64,000 nucleotides of DNA from Escherichia coli (GTDB taxonomy: Bacteria; Pseudomonadota; Gammaproteobacteria; Enterobacterales; Enterobacteriaceae), in the NCBI RefSeq assembly GCF_001677475.2, contig NZ_CP015229.1. One strand, written 5' to 3'. A program made the position numbers and the translations under genes. The stretch's first letter is position 1, and each line of letters opens with the position of its first letter. This document shows, piece after piece, positions 32,231 to 46,497 of the stretch. The notes under the pieces were generated by a model. The model was not told where the DNA came from. It did not search any database and worked only from the letters and a program-made list of their open reading frames with translations.

Positions 32231-32971
32231 TTATTCGGCCTTATTACCTTTATTCTGCTGCTCTATAGAAGCCAGAATCCCGCGCAGGATATTCAATTCC
32301 TGGCTTTCCGGGCGCGCACGGGTAAACAGACGGCGCAATTTATTCATCACCTGCCCCGGATGGTTTTCACGAATAAAACCGGTTGCCAGCAGCGTTTGTT
32401 CCAGATGACCATAAAAACGCTCCAGATCATCGACCAGCGGATACGGCGTCTCTTCATGCTCGACCTGCTCACCATTTTCCTGAGTTGCCAGCCAGGCCAT
32501 GCGCACTTCATAGGCAATAACCTGAACCGCCATCGCCAGATTCAGCGAACTGTATTCCGGGTTAGCGGCAATCGCGACATGATAATGGCATTTCTGCAAC
32601 TCTTCATTGGTCAAGCCGACGCGCTCGCGACCAAAAACCAGCGCCACCGGGGTATTTGCCGCTTCAGCGACGCTTTTCAGACCGCATTCGCGCGGGTCGA
32701 GCATCGGCCACGGCAGCGTGCGGGAGCGTGCGCTGGTGCCCACCACCAGGCTACAACCGGCTAACGCTTCGTCGAGCGTATCGACGATGTGAGCATTACC
32801 AATCACATCGCTGGCCCCTGCTGCCAAGGCAATCGCCTGGGAGTCAGGTTTCACCAGTGGATTAACCAGCCACAGATTGGTTAATCCCATTGTTTTCATG
32901 GCACGGGCAACAGAACCCATATTGCCGGTGTGTGACGTCTCCACCAGCACAATTCGAATATTTTGCAGCAT
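32231..32971 (-). CDS. trmJ: tRNA (cytidine/uridine-2'-O)-methyltransferase TrmJ (SpoU family)
   Basis: 246-aa ORF, conserved position beside iscR. Confidence 0.9.
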
Positions 32972-33089
32972 TGTCTTTCTTCGTCTAAAGATTATTCGCG
33001 CATCTTATCATAAAACGAAGACAGATGCCGATCTCGCTGCTATACTCTGCGCCGTTTTCCCGTTCTTTAACATCCAGTGAGAGAGACCG

Positions 33090-33893
33090 ATGCATCCGAT
33101 GCTGAACATCGCCGTGCGCGCAGCGCGCAAGGCGGGTAATTTAATTGCCAAAAACTATGAAACCCCGGACGCTGTAGAAGCGAGCCAGAAAGGCAGTAAC
33201 GACTTCGTGACCAACGTAGATAAAGCTGCCGAAGCGGTGATTATCGACACGATTCGTAAATCTTACCCACAGCACACCATCATCACCGAAGAAAGCGGTG
33301 AACTTGAAGGTACTGATCAGGATGTTCAATGGGTTATCGATCCACTGGATGGCACTACCAACTTTATCAAACGTCTGCCGCACTTCGCGGTATCTATCGC
33401 CGTTCGTATCAAAGGCCGCACTGAAGTTGCTGTGGTTTACGATCCTATGCGTAACGAACTGTTCACCGCCACTCGCGGTCAGGGCGCACAGCTGAACGGC
33501 TACCGTCTGCGCGGCAGCACCGCTCGCGATCTCGACGGTACTATTCTGGCGACCGGCTTCCCGTTCAAAGCAAAACAGTACGCCACCACCTACATCAACA
33601 TCGTCGGCAAACTGTTCAACGAATGTGCAGACTTCCGTCGTACCGGTTCTGCGGCGCTGGATCTGGCTTACGTTGCTGCGGGTCGCGTTGACGGTTTCTT
33701 TGAAATCGGTCTGCGTCCGTGGGATTTCGCGGCAGGCGAGCTGCTGGTTCGTGAAGCGGGCGGCATCGTCAGCGACTTCACCGGTGGTCATAACTACATG
33801 CTGACCGGTAACATCGTTGCTGGTAACCCGCGCGTTGTTAAAGCCATGCTGGCGAACATGCGTGACGAGTTAAGCGACGCCCTGAAGCGTTAA
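33090..33893 (+). CDS. suhB: Inositol monophosphatase SuhB
   Basis: 267-aa ORF with IMPase motifs DPLDGT and WDFAAG. Confidence 0.95.
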   Translation: MHPMLNIAVRAARKAGNLIAKNYETPDAVEASQKGSNDFVTNVDKAAEAVIIDTIRKSYPQHTIITEESGELEGTDQDVQWVIDPLDGTTNFIKRLPHFAVSIAVRIKGRTEVAVVYDPMRNELFTATRGQGAQLNGYRLRGSTARDLDGTILATGFPFKAKQYATTYINIVGKLFNECADFRRTGSAALDLAYVAAGRVDGFFEIGLRPWDFAAGELLVREAGGIVSDFTGGHNYMLTGNIVAGNPRVVKAMLANMRDELSDALKR

Positions 33894-34010
33894 TGACTCT
33901 GGCGGGTGATGTCACTCACCCGCCCTCGCCTTTCAGGCGCTATTCCGAAATACTTCCTCACCGCTTTACTTTCTTTCGCCACTCTCCCACCATCTTTCCC
34001 CGATTAATGG

Positions 34011-34892
34011 ATGATAAAGAAGTCGCAAGGAAAGGTTATGGCGCTGCCAGTGAACAAACGCGTTCTCAAAATTCTGTTTATTCTCTTTGTTGTTGCCTTC
34101 TGCATTTATTTAATACCGCGCATCGCCATCAATTTTTTCTATTACCCTGACGACAAAATCTACGGTCCCGAACCCTGGTCGGCGGAATCCGTCGAATTTA
34201 CGGCTAAGGACGGTACTCATCTGCAAGGCTGGTTTATCCCTTCTTCGACGGGCCCTGCTGATAACGCCATTGCTACCATTATTCATGCTCACGGCAATGC
34301 CGGAAATATGTCCGCCCACTGGCCGCTGGTCAGTTGGTTACCCGAACGTAATTTCAATGTTTTTATGTTTGATTATCGTGGATTCGGTAAATCAAAAGGA
34401 AAACCTTCTCAGGCAGGGTTATTAGACGATACGCAAAGTGCCATCAATGTGGCGCGCCATCGCAGTGATGTAAACCCACAACTGCTGGTGCTGTTCGGGC
34501 AGAGTATTGGCGGGGCGAATATTCTTGATGTTATTGGTCAGGGTGATCGTGAAGGCATACGTGCGGTGATCCTCGACTCCACATTTGCCTCTTATGCGAC
34601 CATCGCCAACCAGATGATCCCCGGCAGTGGCTACTTACTTGATGAGAGTTACAGCGGCGAAAATTACATCGCCAGCGTCAGCCCGATCCCGCTTTTACTG
34701 ATTCACGGTAAAGCTGATCACGTTATCCCATGGCAGCACAGCGAAAAGTTGTATAGCCAGGCAAAAGAGCCAAAACGGTTGATCCTAATCCCTGATGGCG
34801 AACACATTGATGCTTTTTCCGATCGTCACGGCGATGTTTATCGCGAACAGATGGTGGATTTTATCCTTAGCGCGTTGAATCCGCAGAACTAA
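34011..34892 (+). CDS. yfhR: YfhR, alpha/beta-hydrolase (peptidase S9-like)
   Basis: 293-aa ORF with nucleophile elbow GQSIGG; start may be the downstream MALPVNKR. Confidence 0.8.
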   Translation: MIKKSQGKVMALPVNKRVLKILFILFVVAFCIYLIPRIAINFFYYPDDKIYGPEPWSAESVEFTAKDGTHLQGWFIPSSTGPADNAIATIIHAHGNAGNMSAHWPLVSWLPERNFNVFMFDYRGFGKSKGKPSQAGLLDDTQSAINVARHRSDVNPQLLVLFGQSIGGANILDVIGQGDREGIRAVILDSTFASYATIANQMIPGSGYLLDESYSGENYIASVSPIPLLLIHGKADHVIPWQHSEKLYSQAKEPKRLILIPDGEHIDAFSDRHGDVYREQMVDFILSALNPQN

Positions 34893-35082
34893 CCCATGAT
34901 CGCTAGCACGATAATCATTCACAAAACCACCTTAAGACATGCTAATCCACTGGTCAGAACAGTTTAAGATGAGAAAAATTCTGTGACGCTTGCCAACATT
35001 TCTGATGATTAGCATTCCCTTCGCCATTTCCCTGAGCAAACTTTAGCTATTCTTATCAATTATGCTTATGGGAGATCTACAG

Positions 35083-36363
35083 ATGATGCCTACGCTTGCT
35101 CCACCATCTGTCCTTTCGGCTCCCCAGCGCCGCTGCCAGATCTTGCTGACACTCTTTCAGCCGGGGTTGACCGCCACCACGGCAACTTTCAGCGAGCTTA
35201 ATGGTGTGGATGATGATATTGCCAGTCTTGATATCAGCGAAACAGGACGGGAGATCCTGCGCTATCATCAACTCACACTGACTACTGGTTATGACGGTAG
35301 CTACCGGGTTGAAGGTACAGTGCTTAACCAACGTTTGTGTTTATTTCACTGGCTACGACGTGGTTTCCGTCTGTGTCCGTCATTTATTACCAGCCATTTC
35401 ACCCCCGCCCTGAAGAGTGAACTGAAGCGGCGCGGAATTGCGCGTAACTTTTACGACGATACCAATCTACAAGCGTTAGTGAATCTCTGCTCCCGACGGC
35501 TGCAAAAACGCTTTGAAACGCGCGATATTCATTTCCTGTGTCTGTATCTGCAATATTGTTTGCTGCAACACCACGCTGGAATTACGCCTCAGTTTAATCC
35601 GCTCCAACGTCGCTGGGCGGAATCCTGCCTTGAATTTCAGGTAGCGCAGGAAATTGGACGCCACTGGCAGCGTCGGGCGCTCCAGCCTGTACCGCCTGAT
35701 GAGCCACTGTTTATGGCATTACTTTTTTCCATGTTGCGGGTTCCCGATCCACTGCGGGATGCGCATCAGCGGGACAGACAACTGCGTAAGTCTATCAAAC
35801 GTCTGGTAAACCACTTTCGTGAGCTGGGAAATGTTAGTTTTTATGATGAACAGGGGTTATACGATCAGCTTTATACCCACCTCGCCCAGGCGTTAAATCG
35901 CAGTTTGTTTGCCATCGGTATTGATAACACCCTGCCGGAAGAGTTCGCCCGCCTGTATCCACGCCTGGTGCGCACCACCCGCGCGGCGCTGGCCGGATTT
36001 GAAAGTGAATACGGCGTCCATCTTTCTGATGAGGAAAGCGGTCTGGTCGCGGTGATTTTTGGTGCCTGGCTAATGCAGGAAAACGACCTGCATGAGAAAC
36101 AGATTATTCTACTGACCGGGAATGATAGCGAGCGAGAAGCGCAGATTGAGCAGCAGCTACGCGAACTAACGTTACTGCCGCTCAACATTAAACATATGTC
36201 GGTAAAGGCATTTTTGCAGACAGGCGCTCCGCGCGACGCGGCACTGATTATTGCGCCTTATACCATGCCGTTACCGCTCTTTTCACCACCGCTGATCTAT
36301 ACGGACCTGACGCTGACAACACATCAACAGGAGCAGATCCGCAAAATGCTCGAATCAGCATGA
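35083..36363 (+). CDS. csiE: Stationary-phase inducible protein CsiE
   Basis: Start MMPTLAPPS gives 426 aa; 3' end overlaps the hcaT 3' end by 9 bp. Confidence 0.85.
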   Translation: MMPTLAPPSVLSAPQRRCQILLTLFQPGLTATTATFSELNGVDDDIASLDISETGREILRYHQLTLTTGYDGSYRVEGTVLNQRLCLFHWLRRGFRLCPSFITSHFTPALKSELKRRGIARNFYDDTNLQALVNLCSRRLQKRFETRDIHFLCLYLQYCLLQHHAGITPQFNPLQRRWAESCLEFQVAQEIGRHWQRRALQPVPPDEPLFMALLFSMLRVPDPLRDAHQRDRQLRKSIKRLVNHFRELGNVSFYDEQGLYDQLYTHLAQALNRSLFAIGIDNTLPEEFARLYPRLVRTTRAALAGFESEYGVHLSDEESGLVAVIFGAWLMQENDLHEKQIILLTGNDSEREAQIEQQLRELTLLPLNIKHMSVKAFLQTGAPRDAALIIAPYTMPLPLFSPPLIYTDLTLTTHQQEQIRKMLESA

Positions 36364-37494
36364 GGGAACAACTTTCGGGCGCAAAAACATTGCCGGAAGC
36401 GCCACCAGCGCCATCACCCAGAACACGCCGTGCCCCAGATATTGATACAGGAAACCGGCGAAAACGGTCATGATCGCAATACTGCCGCCCATCGCGACGG
36501 CAGAGTAAACCGCCTGTAAACGGATGACTTCGCTACCCTGGCGAGCGGCAATATAGCGCATGGCGGCCAGGTGGCAGACCGTGAAGGTGCCGCAATGCAG
36601 AATTTGCACCACTATCAACCACGGCAACGCCGTCGTTGCTCCCATAATGCCCCAGCGCACTACGCCGCAAATCGCCGAGATCAACAGCATATCGCGTGCA
36701 CTACAACGGCGGAAAAGTTTATTACTCAGCGCAAAGATAATGACTTCCGCCACTACGCCCAGCGACCACAAATAGCCCACCGCCGAGGCCGAGTAGCCAG
36801 CAGCCTGCCAGTAAATGGCGCTAAAACCGTAATAGGCCGCATGCGCCCCCTGCAATAAACAAACGCAGGCCAGAAAGCGCCAGTTCTGGCGAACCAGCGC
36901 CAACCACGCAGACCAACCGGTGCTCTCCTGCTGGCGGCTTGCCCCTTGTGGCTGAATCGTCGGACGGATGAGAAAGCCGAGCAGCATGGATGCCACGCCC
37001 AACGTTAACAGCGCGAGGATCACCCGATAATCAAACATAGTGACCAGTTTACCCGTCAACGCCGAGCCAATGACAAACGCCACCGAGCCCCACAATCGCA
37101 CTTTGCCGTAATCAAGCGGGAACTGCTTTTGCCACGTATTCGCCAGTGCATCGGTCAACGGTACCAGCGGTGAGAAAAAGAGGTTAAAGCCAATCATCAC
37201 CAGCATCAGCCACGCTACGTGCGCCCCCGCCCAGAATGCGACAGCAAAGAGAAGTGTCAGCAGTGCCAGCACGCGCAAGGCGGAAATCAGGCGAGAAGGA
37301 TCGCTGACGCGGGGCGCGATGAGCAAACTCCCGAGAAAACGGGCAACCAGACCTGCCCCCAATAACAGGCCGATGGTTTCTGGCGTTAAACCAATCCCCT
37401 TAAGCCAGACGCTCCAGAAAGGTAGAAAAATGCCGTAACTAAAAAAGTATGTGAAATAGCCGAGCGCCAACCAGCGCGTGGATTGCAAAACCAT
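36355..37494 (-). CDS. hcaT: MFS transporter HcaT (putative 3-phenylpropionate transporter)
   Basis: 379-aa hydrophobic ORF. Confidence 0.9.
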   Translation of the reverse strand: MVLQSTRWLALGYFTYFFSYGIFLPFWSVWLKGIGLTPETIGLLLGAGLVARFLGSLLIAPRVSDPSRLISALRVLALLTLLFAVAFWAGAHVAWLMLVMIGFNLFFSPLVPLTDALANTWQKQFPLDYGKVRLWGSVAFVIGSALTGKLVTMFDYRVILALLTLGVASMLLGFLIRPTIQPQGASRQQESTGWSAWLALVRQNWRFLACVCLLQGAHAAYYGFSAIYWQAAGYSASAVGYLWSLGVVAEVIIFALSNKLFRRCSARDMLLISAICGVVRWGIMGATTALPWLIVVQILHCGTFTVCHLAAMRYIAARQGSEVIRLQAVYSAVAMGGSIAIMTVFAGFLYQYLGHGVFWVMALVALPAMFLRPKVVPSC

Positions 37495-37653
37495 GAGTCC
37501 CTCCCGTCAGGAGGCGTTAGTCTGGGGTTAATCGAATGTTGGTGCAAGTTGAAAAATAAGAATATTCGAGCCTGCTTCCCGATGTCTGTAACACCAGTTC
37601 ACAAGCACTAAAAAACTGCGATCCGCGACGCATGTTGCAAAAATAATGCGTAA

Positions 37654-38544
37654 TTATGCCGTTACGCTTGCCAAACGTTCCTGCACAATGGCGATGAAAT
37701 CGCGTAATGCCGGCTTCATCTCCCCTTTCTTCCACGCCATCAGTAAAGCAATGGAAGGCACATTTCCGGCAATGGGACGAAAAACAACCTGCCCGGTATT
37801 AAAATTATTCATATAACCGGGTATCAAAGTGACGCCCAGCCCCATGCCCACCAGATTCATGGTCACCAGAATATTCGTTGCCACCTGGACGACATTTGGC
37901 TGGCTGTTTTCTTGTGCAAACCACGCTTTAACGATCGGCGCAAGCGAACCGGAATACGCTGGATCAGTACTGACGAAATTCACGCCATCCAGTTGAGCGG
38001 CGGTGATCTCTTTTTCATGTGCTAAAGGGTGATCAACCGGTAACACCACCACTAATGGTTCGTCAAAAAGCTCCAGATAATCAATCTCCGGGCTATAAAC
38101 AGGATGGCGCATTAAGCCGACGTCGAGTTCACCACGGCGAATTTTTTCCTCCTGTTGCGTGGTGATTAAACTCACCAGCTCAATCAAGGTGTCTGGCTGT
38201 CTGAGACGAAACATCGGTAATACTTTTGGCAGTAAATTCACTTCCGCCGATGGTACAAAGCCAATGGTTAATTGTCTGTCTTCCTGAACAATTTTCCGCG
38301 CCCGTAATTTGGCATTTTCCGCTTGTTCGAGGATTGCCAGCGCGTCCTGGAGAAAACATTCTCCCGCCGCCGTCAACGCGACTTTGCGCTTATCCCTCAC
38401 CAGTAACGGAACACCGACACAGTTTTCAAGATCGCGGATCTGGCTGCTTAACGAAGGCTGTGAGGTATGCAGTTTTTCCGCCGCACGGGTAAAGTTCAGT
38501 GCCTGCGCCACTGCGACGAAATAGCGTAAATGCCGTAGTTCCAT
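37654..38544 (-). CDS. hcaR: LysR-family activator HcaR
   Basis: Start MELRHLRYFVAVAQ gives 296 aa; the track ORF is extended; divergent from hcaE. Confidence 0.9.
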   Translation of the reverse strand: MELRHLRYFVAVAQALNFTRAAEKLHTSQPSLSSQIRDLENCVGVPLLVRDKRKVALTAAGECFLQDALAILEQAENAKLRARKIVQEDRQLTIGFVPSAEVNLLPKVLPMFRLRQPDTLIELVSLITTQQEEKIRRGELDVGLMRHPVYSPEIDYLELFDEPLVVVLPVDHPLAHEKEITAAQLDGVNFVSTDPAYSGSLAPIVKAWFAQENSQPNVVQVATNILVTMNLVGMGLGVTLIPGYMNNFNTGQVVFRPIAGNVPSIALLMAWKKGEMKPALRDFIAIVQERLASVTA

Positions 38545-38643
38545 CACCTTCCCCTTGTTATCGAAAAAACGTCTCAGCTGGTAGAAATTAACTATTTCAC
38601 ATATTAGCAACCAACCAGCAACATCCTTATGGCACAAAAATAG

Positions 38644-40555
<1,912 letters not shown>

Positions 40556-40556
<1 letters not shown>

Positions 40557-40876
40557 TGAATCGAATTTATGCGTGTCCCGTTGCGGATGTGCCGGAGGGT
40601 GAGGCTCTCCGGATCGATACCTCGCCCGTCATCGCCCTGTTCAACGTAGGCGGCGAGTTTTATGCCATTAACGATCGTTGCAGCCATGGTAATGCGTCGA
40701 TGTCAGAAGGGTATCTGGAAGATGACGCCACGGTGGAGTGCCCGCTGCACGCCGCCAGTTTTTGCCTGAAAACGGGGAAAGCGTTATGCCTGCCCGCCAC
40801 CGATCCGCTAACCACTTATCCAGTACACGTTGAAGGTGGTGACATCTTCATCGACTTACCGGAGGCGCAGCCATGA
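40556..40876 (+). CDS. hcaC: 3-phenylpropionate dioxygenase ferredoxin (Rieske)
   Basis: 106-aa ORF with CSH...CPLH motif. Confidence 0.93.
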
Positions 40877-41685
40877 GCGATCTGCATAACGAGTCCATCT
40901 TTATTACCGGCGGCGGATCGGGATTAGGCCTGGCGCTGGTCGAGCGATTTATCGAAGAAGGCGCGCAGGTTGCCACGCTGGAACTGTCGGCGGCAAAATT
41001 CGCCAGTCTGCGTCAGCGATTTGGCGAACATATTCTGGCGGTGGAAGGTAACGTGACCTGCTATGCCGATTATCAACGCGCGGTCGATCAGATCCTGACT
41101 CGTTCTGGCAAGCTGGATTGTTTTATCGGCAATGCGGGCATCTGGGATCACAATGCCTCACTAGTTAATACTCCCGCAGAGACGCTCGAAACCGGCTTCC
41201 ACGAGCTGTTTAACGTCAACGTACTCGGTTACCTGCTGGGCGCAAAAGCCTGCGCTCCGGCGTTAATCGCCAGTGAAGGCAGCATGATTTTCACACTGTC
41301 AAATGCCGCCTGGTATCCCGGCGGCGGTGGCCCGCTGTACACCGCCAGTAAACATGCCGCAACCGGACTTATTCGCCAACTGGCTTATGAACTGGCACCG
41401 AAAGTGCGGGTGAATGGCGTCGGCCCGTGTGGTATGGCCAGCGACCTGCGCGGCCCACAGGCGCTCGGGCAAAGTGAAACCTCGATAATGCAGTCTCTGA
41501 CGCCGGAGAAAATTGCTGCCATTTTACCGCTGCAATTTTTCCCGCAACCGGCGGATTTTACGGGTCCGTATGTGATGTTGGCATCGCGGCGCAATAATCG
41601 CGCATTAAGCGGTGTGATGATCAACGCTGATGCGGGTTTAGCGATTCGCGGCATTCGCCACGTAGCGGCTGGGCTGGATCTTTAA
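40873..41685 (+). CDS. hcaB: cis-dihydrodiol dehydrogenase (SDR family)
   Basis: 270-aa ORF with [11 protein letters not shown]-binding motif. Confidence 0.93.
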   Translation: MSDLHNESIFITGGGSGLGLALVERFIEEGAQVATLELSAAKFASLRQRFGEHILAVEGNVTCYADYQRAVDQILTRSGKLDCFIGNAGIWDHNASLVNTPAETLETGFHELFNVNVLGYLLGAKACAPALIASEGSMIFTLSNAAWYPGGGGPLYTASKHAATGLIRQLAYELAPKVRVNGVGPCGMASDLRGPQALGQSETSIMQSLTPEKIAAILPLQFFPQPADFTGPYVMLASRRNNRALSGVMINADAGLAIRGIRHVAAGLDL

Positions 41686-42897
<1,212 letters not shown>

Positions 42898-42993
42898 CCA
42901 GGATAATTAGCGAATATCTCAATGCCTGGGGCGTGGCGAGGTGCAAGAGTGTGTATTACGTTTAAATCACATTATCTTGCAAAGGGATTGGTT

Positions 42994-43416
42994 ATGAACT
43001 CACTACGTTATTTTGATTTTGGAGCTGCCCGCCCCGTTTTGTTATTAATTGCCCGTATCGCCGTGGTCTTAATTTTCATTATTTTTGGTTTTCCCAAAAT
43101 GATGGGCTTTGACGGTACGGTCCAATATATGGCCTCGCTGGGCGCGCCGATGCCGATGCTGGCAGCGATTATTGCGGTAGTTATGGAAGTGCCCGCCGCG
43201 ATATTAATCGTGCTTGGCTTTTTCACCCGTCCGCTGGCGGTGCTGTTTATTTTCTACACGCTGGGTACGGCGGTGATTGGTCACCATTACTGGGATATGA
43301 CCGGCGATGCGGTTGGGCCAAATATGATTAATTTCTGGAAGAATGTCAGTATCGCTGGCGCATTCCTGCTGTTGGCAATTACCGGGCCGGGGGCAATTTC
43401 TCTCGATCGGCGTTAG
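42994..43416 (+). CDS. yphA: DoxX-family inner membrane protein YphA
   Basis: 140 aa from MNSLRYFDF; track ORF extended upstream. Confidence 0.85.
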   Translation: MNSLRYFDFGAARPVLLLIARIAVVLIFIIFGFPKMMGFDGTVQYMASLGAPMPMLAAIIAVVMEVPAAILIVLGFFTRPLAVLFIFYTLGTAVIGHHYWDMTGDAVGPNMINFWKNVSIAGAFLLLAITGPGAISLDRR

Positions 43417-43420
43417 GAAA

Positions 43421-43455
43421 GATGCCGGATGCGGCGTGAACGCCTGATCCGGCAT
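43421..43455. repeat. REP element between yphA and yphB
   Basis: gatgccggatgcggcgtgaacgcctgatccggcat. Confidence 0.75.
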
Positions 43456-43463
43456 TTTATAAA

Positions 43464-44336
43464 TTACAGTAACGCAACCCGCAACGACATCTCTGAAGTT
43501 GTTGATTCCCCTGGTGCAAGCGCAATGAGATCACCCCCTTCCGGGCGATGATGGTCATCCGGCGCATGGCTCATCGGTTCCAGACAGAAGAAATCAAACG
43601 CATATCCTTTATCAAACGCCGGGTCGGAAACAAAGATGAAATAACATGGTGCAGGTGGCGTCGTTTCCATGATGATGGCATAACCCTCCTGCGGCTGCTC
43701 GATGCGGGCCTGACCACTCCATCCGGCAAAGCCATTGTTTACCCACTGGCGCGGCAACGGCGCGAGCTGGTTGAAATCCAGCTCCTGCGGTAGCTGCTCG
43801 CAAAACTCACCCGCCAGCCACTGCTCCTGCTCCCGCCAGTAACCGCTCGCCTGCGCCTGAATCCGCGTTTGTGGTGACAACGGAAAATAAGGATGCCAGC
43901 CGGTACCAAATGGTAGCGTCTCTGCCCCTTGATTGGTGACAGAGAGCGTCACCGTCAGCGTATCTGCCGTTAAATGAAACGCCTGACTTACCCGATAGTG
44001 ATAAACACCGCTGCGATGTTCATACACCAGACACAAGCTATCTTCGCTGCGCGAGACACATTGCCACTGCCCCAGCCAGCCGTCGCCGTGCAGATAGTGC
44101 GCATCCCACTCAACATTCGGTTGCAGTTGATACTCACGCCCCTGCCAGACAAAACGATTGCCGCTCACCCGGTTTGCAAACGGCACCAGCGGAAAACAGG
44201 AGGCATCGGTTGCCACACCGCTTTTTTTACCAGGACGTAAGAGCGGCGTCGTATCACGCCAGAAACCTTCGATGACACCGCCCTGGTCAGAGACATCCAG
44301 CTTTAGCGGTCCGTGAGATAAGGTATAGATGGTCAT
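43464..44336 (-). CDS. yphB: Aldose 1-epimerase-family (mutarotase-like) protein YphB
   Basis: 290-aa ORF. Confidence 0.85.
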   Translation of the reverse strand: MTIYTLSHGPLKLDVSDQGGVIEGFWRDTTPLLRPGKKSGVATDASCFPLVPFANRVSGNRFVWQGREYQLQPNVEWDAHYLHGDGWLGQWQCVSRSEDSLCLVYEHRSGVYHYRVSQAFHLTADTLTVTLSVTNQGAETLPFGTGWHPYFPLSPQTRIQAQASGYWREQEQWLAGEFCEQLPQELDFNQLAPLPRQWVNNGFAGWSGQARIEQPQEGYAIIMETTPPAPCYFIFVSDPAFDKGYAFDFFCLEPMSHAPDDHHRPEGGDLIALAPGESTTSEMSLRVALL

Positions 44337-44347
44337 CCGCTAACTCC

Positions 44348-45409
44348 TTAATCCGGGAAGTTAATCACAACTTTCCCGCATTTGCCGCTCGCCATCAGCG
44401 CATAGGCATCACCTGCCTGTTCCAGCGAGAAGCGATGGGTAATGGCGTTACGCGGCCACAGTTTCCAGTCCGTCAGATCATGGGCGCATTTTTCCATATG
44501 GAACAGACTGGTCACCCAGGAGCCGATAATCCGCCGTTGATGGTGCATCAGATCGGCGCTGACCTCGAACTCCACTTTTCCGGTTTCTCCGATGTAAACC
44601 ACCCGTCCCCAGTCAGCGGTGGATCGCAGTGCCAGCAAGCGACCTGCGGCATTACCAGAACAATCGAGCGCAACATCCGCGCCACCGTGGGTGAGTTCGG
44701 CGATAATCTGCGGCAGACCTTCGGTGGTTGCTAAATAGCCGTGATCCATCACCCCTAACTGTTTTGCCATCGCCAGACGTTCCGGCAGCATATCAACGCC
44801 GATGATCCGTTTTGCACCGCGACCTTTCGCCAGCATCATCGCCATCATGCCGACTGGCCCCAGACCGACCACCAGCACGTTATCACTGCCGGAAACTTCG
44901 CCGCGCAAAATTCCTTCATACGCTGTACCAACGCCGCAACTGATAAACGCACCATCTTCGTAGCTCAGCGCATCCGGCAGGAGGATCAGATCTTTTTCTT
45001 CCGCCAGCAAGTATTCGGCATGACCGCCGTCACGCTGCCAGCCGTAAGCCGCTTTTCCTTCGCCAGTACAAGAAATAGGAAAACCGCGACGGCAGTTCGG
45101 GCAAAAACCACAGCCAGAAATGTGATACACCAGCACGCGGTCGCCCTCTTTAAAATGGCGGCAGCCTTGCCCCATCGCCACAATCTGCCCGCACGGTTCA
45201 TGACCGTTGATAAATCCCTGGTATAACGGTTTATCGGGTGCCGCTGCCGTGGCACGGTGTTGATGATAGATATAGTGGACATCACTTCCGCAAATCCCGG
45301 AGGATTTCATTTTGATCAGTACCTGGTTAATCCCCGGCGTCGGCACCGCAACTTCCCGCAGATCGACGGTCGAATTTCCTGGTAAATAAGCTGCCAGCAT
45401 CGTTTTCAT
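44348..45409 (-). CDS. yphC: Zinc-dependent alcohol/polyol dehydrogenase YphC (MDR family)
   Basis: Start MKTMLAAYLPG gives 353 aa; GHEPCG zinc motif and GLGPVG Rossmann motif. Confidence 0.88.
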   Translation of the reverse strand: MKTMLAAYLPGNSTVDLREVAVPTPGINQVLIKMKSSGICGSDVHYIYHQHRATAAAPDKPLYQGFINGHEPCGQIVAMGQGCRHFKEGDRVLVYHISGCGFCPNCRRGFPISCTGEGKAAYGWQRDGGHAEYLLAEEKDLILLPDALSYEDGAFISCGVGTAYEGILRGEVSGSDNVLVVGLGPVGMMAMMLAKGRGAKRIIGVDMLPERLAMAKQLGVMDHGYLATTEGLPQIIAELTHGGADVALDCSGNAAGRLLALRSTADWGRVVYIGETGKVEFEVSADLMHHQRRIIGSWVTSLFHMEKCAHDLTDWKLWPRNAITHRFSLEQAGDAYALMASGKCGKVVINFPD

Positions 45410-45474
45410 AAATCCCTCATTAACAATACGATTAATTTTCATCCCTGCCGCACCCGCGCCAGGGGCGTTAAGGT

Positions 45475-46473
45475 TTAGCGTTTCGCTTTACTGCTACGCT
45501 GGGTCAGCAAGATATTCGCCAGCACCGCCACCACGATGATGACGCCGCGCACCACCTGCTGGAAAAAGGAGTTAATCCCTAGCAGCACCAGACCGTTACC
45601 GATTAGCGTAATCACCAACACACCAAGCAATGTACCAAACAGGGAACCGCGACCGCCGGAAAGTGCCGTACCACCGACCACGACCGCGGCGATGACGTCA
45701 AACTCCAGACCGTTTGCGGCACCTGCGTTACCGGAACCGAGGCGCGCCGCCAACAAAATGCCGGTCACCGCTGCTAATAATCCCGAAAGGGTAAAAATAA
45801 GAATGCGTACCCGACGAACGTTAATACCGCACAACTGCGCCGCCGTGGCATTACCGCCAACAGCAAAAACCGAGCGCCCGAAGGCGGTTTTGCGGCTAAT
45901 GAACACAAACAGCGCAAATAACACCATCATGATCAGCGCGGATACCGGCACACCGAGAAATTGTCCCCCCAGCCAGTCCAGCACTTCGTTTTCGTCAATC
46001 GGCACTGGCAAGGCGTTCGTCATAAACAGCCCCATTCCGCGCAGGGCGCTCCATAAACCCAGCGTGGCAACAAAACTTGGCACGTTAAACACGCCGCGCA
46101 GCACCCCGGCGAGCGTTCCCATCAGCGCGCCTAACAGCAACACCAGCAGACAAGCAATCGCCAGCGGAACTTCAAATTGCAGCAAAAATGCCAGGCACAC
46201 CGAGACAAAAGCCACCATCGGTCCAACGCTGACATCAATTTCACCGGAGATAATAATCAGCGTCATCGCCCAGGCGGCGATCCCGATGGTGGCGGCATCG
46301 CGCAGCACGTTCATCTGGTTATTCAATGAGATAAAGCCAGGCGCGTTCAGAGAGAAGACCAGATAAAGAATGGCAATCACCACCAGCAAACCGATCTCAT
46401 TAATATGGCGACTGACAAATTGTTTGAGCGAGACGCTCTTGCCCTGCGGCAATGGTAATGACGAAGCAGACAT
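45475..46473 (-). CDS. yphD: Sugar ABC transporter permease YphD
   Basis: 332-aa hydrophobic ORF. Confidence 0.88.
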   Translation of the reverse strand: MSASSLPLPQGKSVSLKQFVSRHINEIGLLVVIAILYLVFSLNAPGFISLNNQMNVLRDAATIGIAAWAMTLIIISGEIDVSVGPMVAFVSVCLAFLLQFEVPLAIACLLVLLLGALMGTLAGVLRGVFNVPSFVATLGLWSALRGMGLFMTNALPVPIDENEVLDWLGGQFLGVPVSALIMMVLFALFVFISRKTAFGRSVFAVGGNATAAQLCGINVRRVRILIFTLSGLLAAVTGILLAARLGSGNAGAANGLEFDVIAAVVVGGTALSGGRGSLFGTLLGVLVITLIGNGLVLLGINSFFQQVVRGVIIVVAVLANILLTQRSSKAKR

Positions 46474-46497
46474 CTTCAGGTTCCTCGGTAAAATTCA

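Noticed and set aside
45536..46366. 276-aa plus-strand ORF
   Set aside because: Antisense to the yphD permease gene; low-complexity Pro/Thr/Ser-rich translation.
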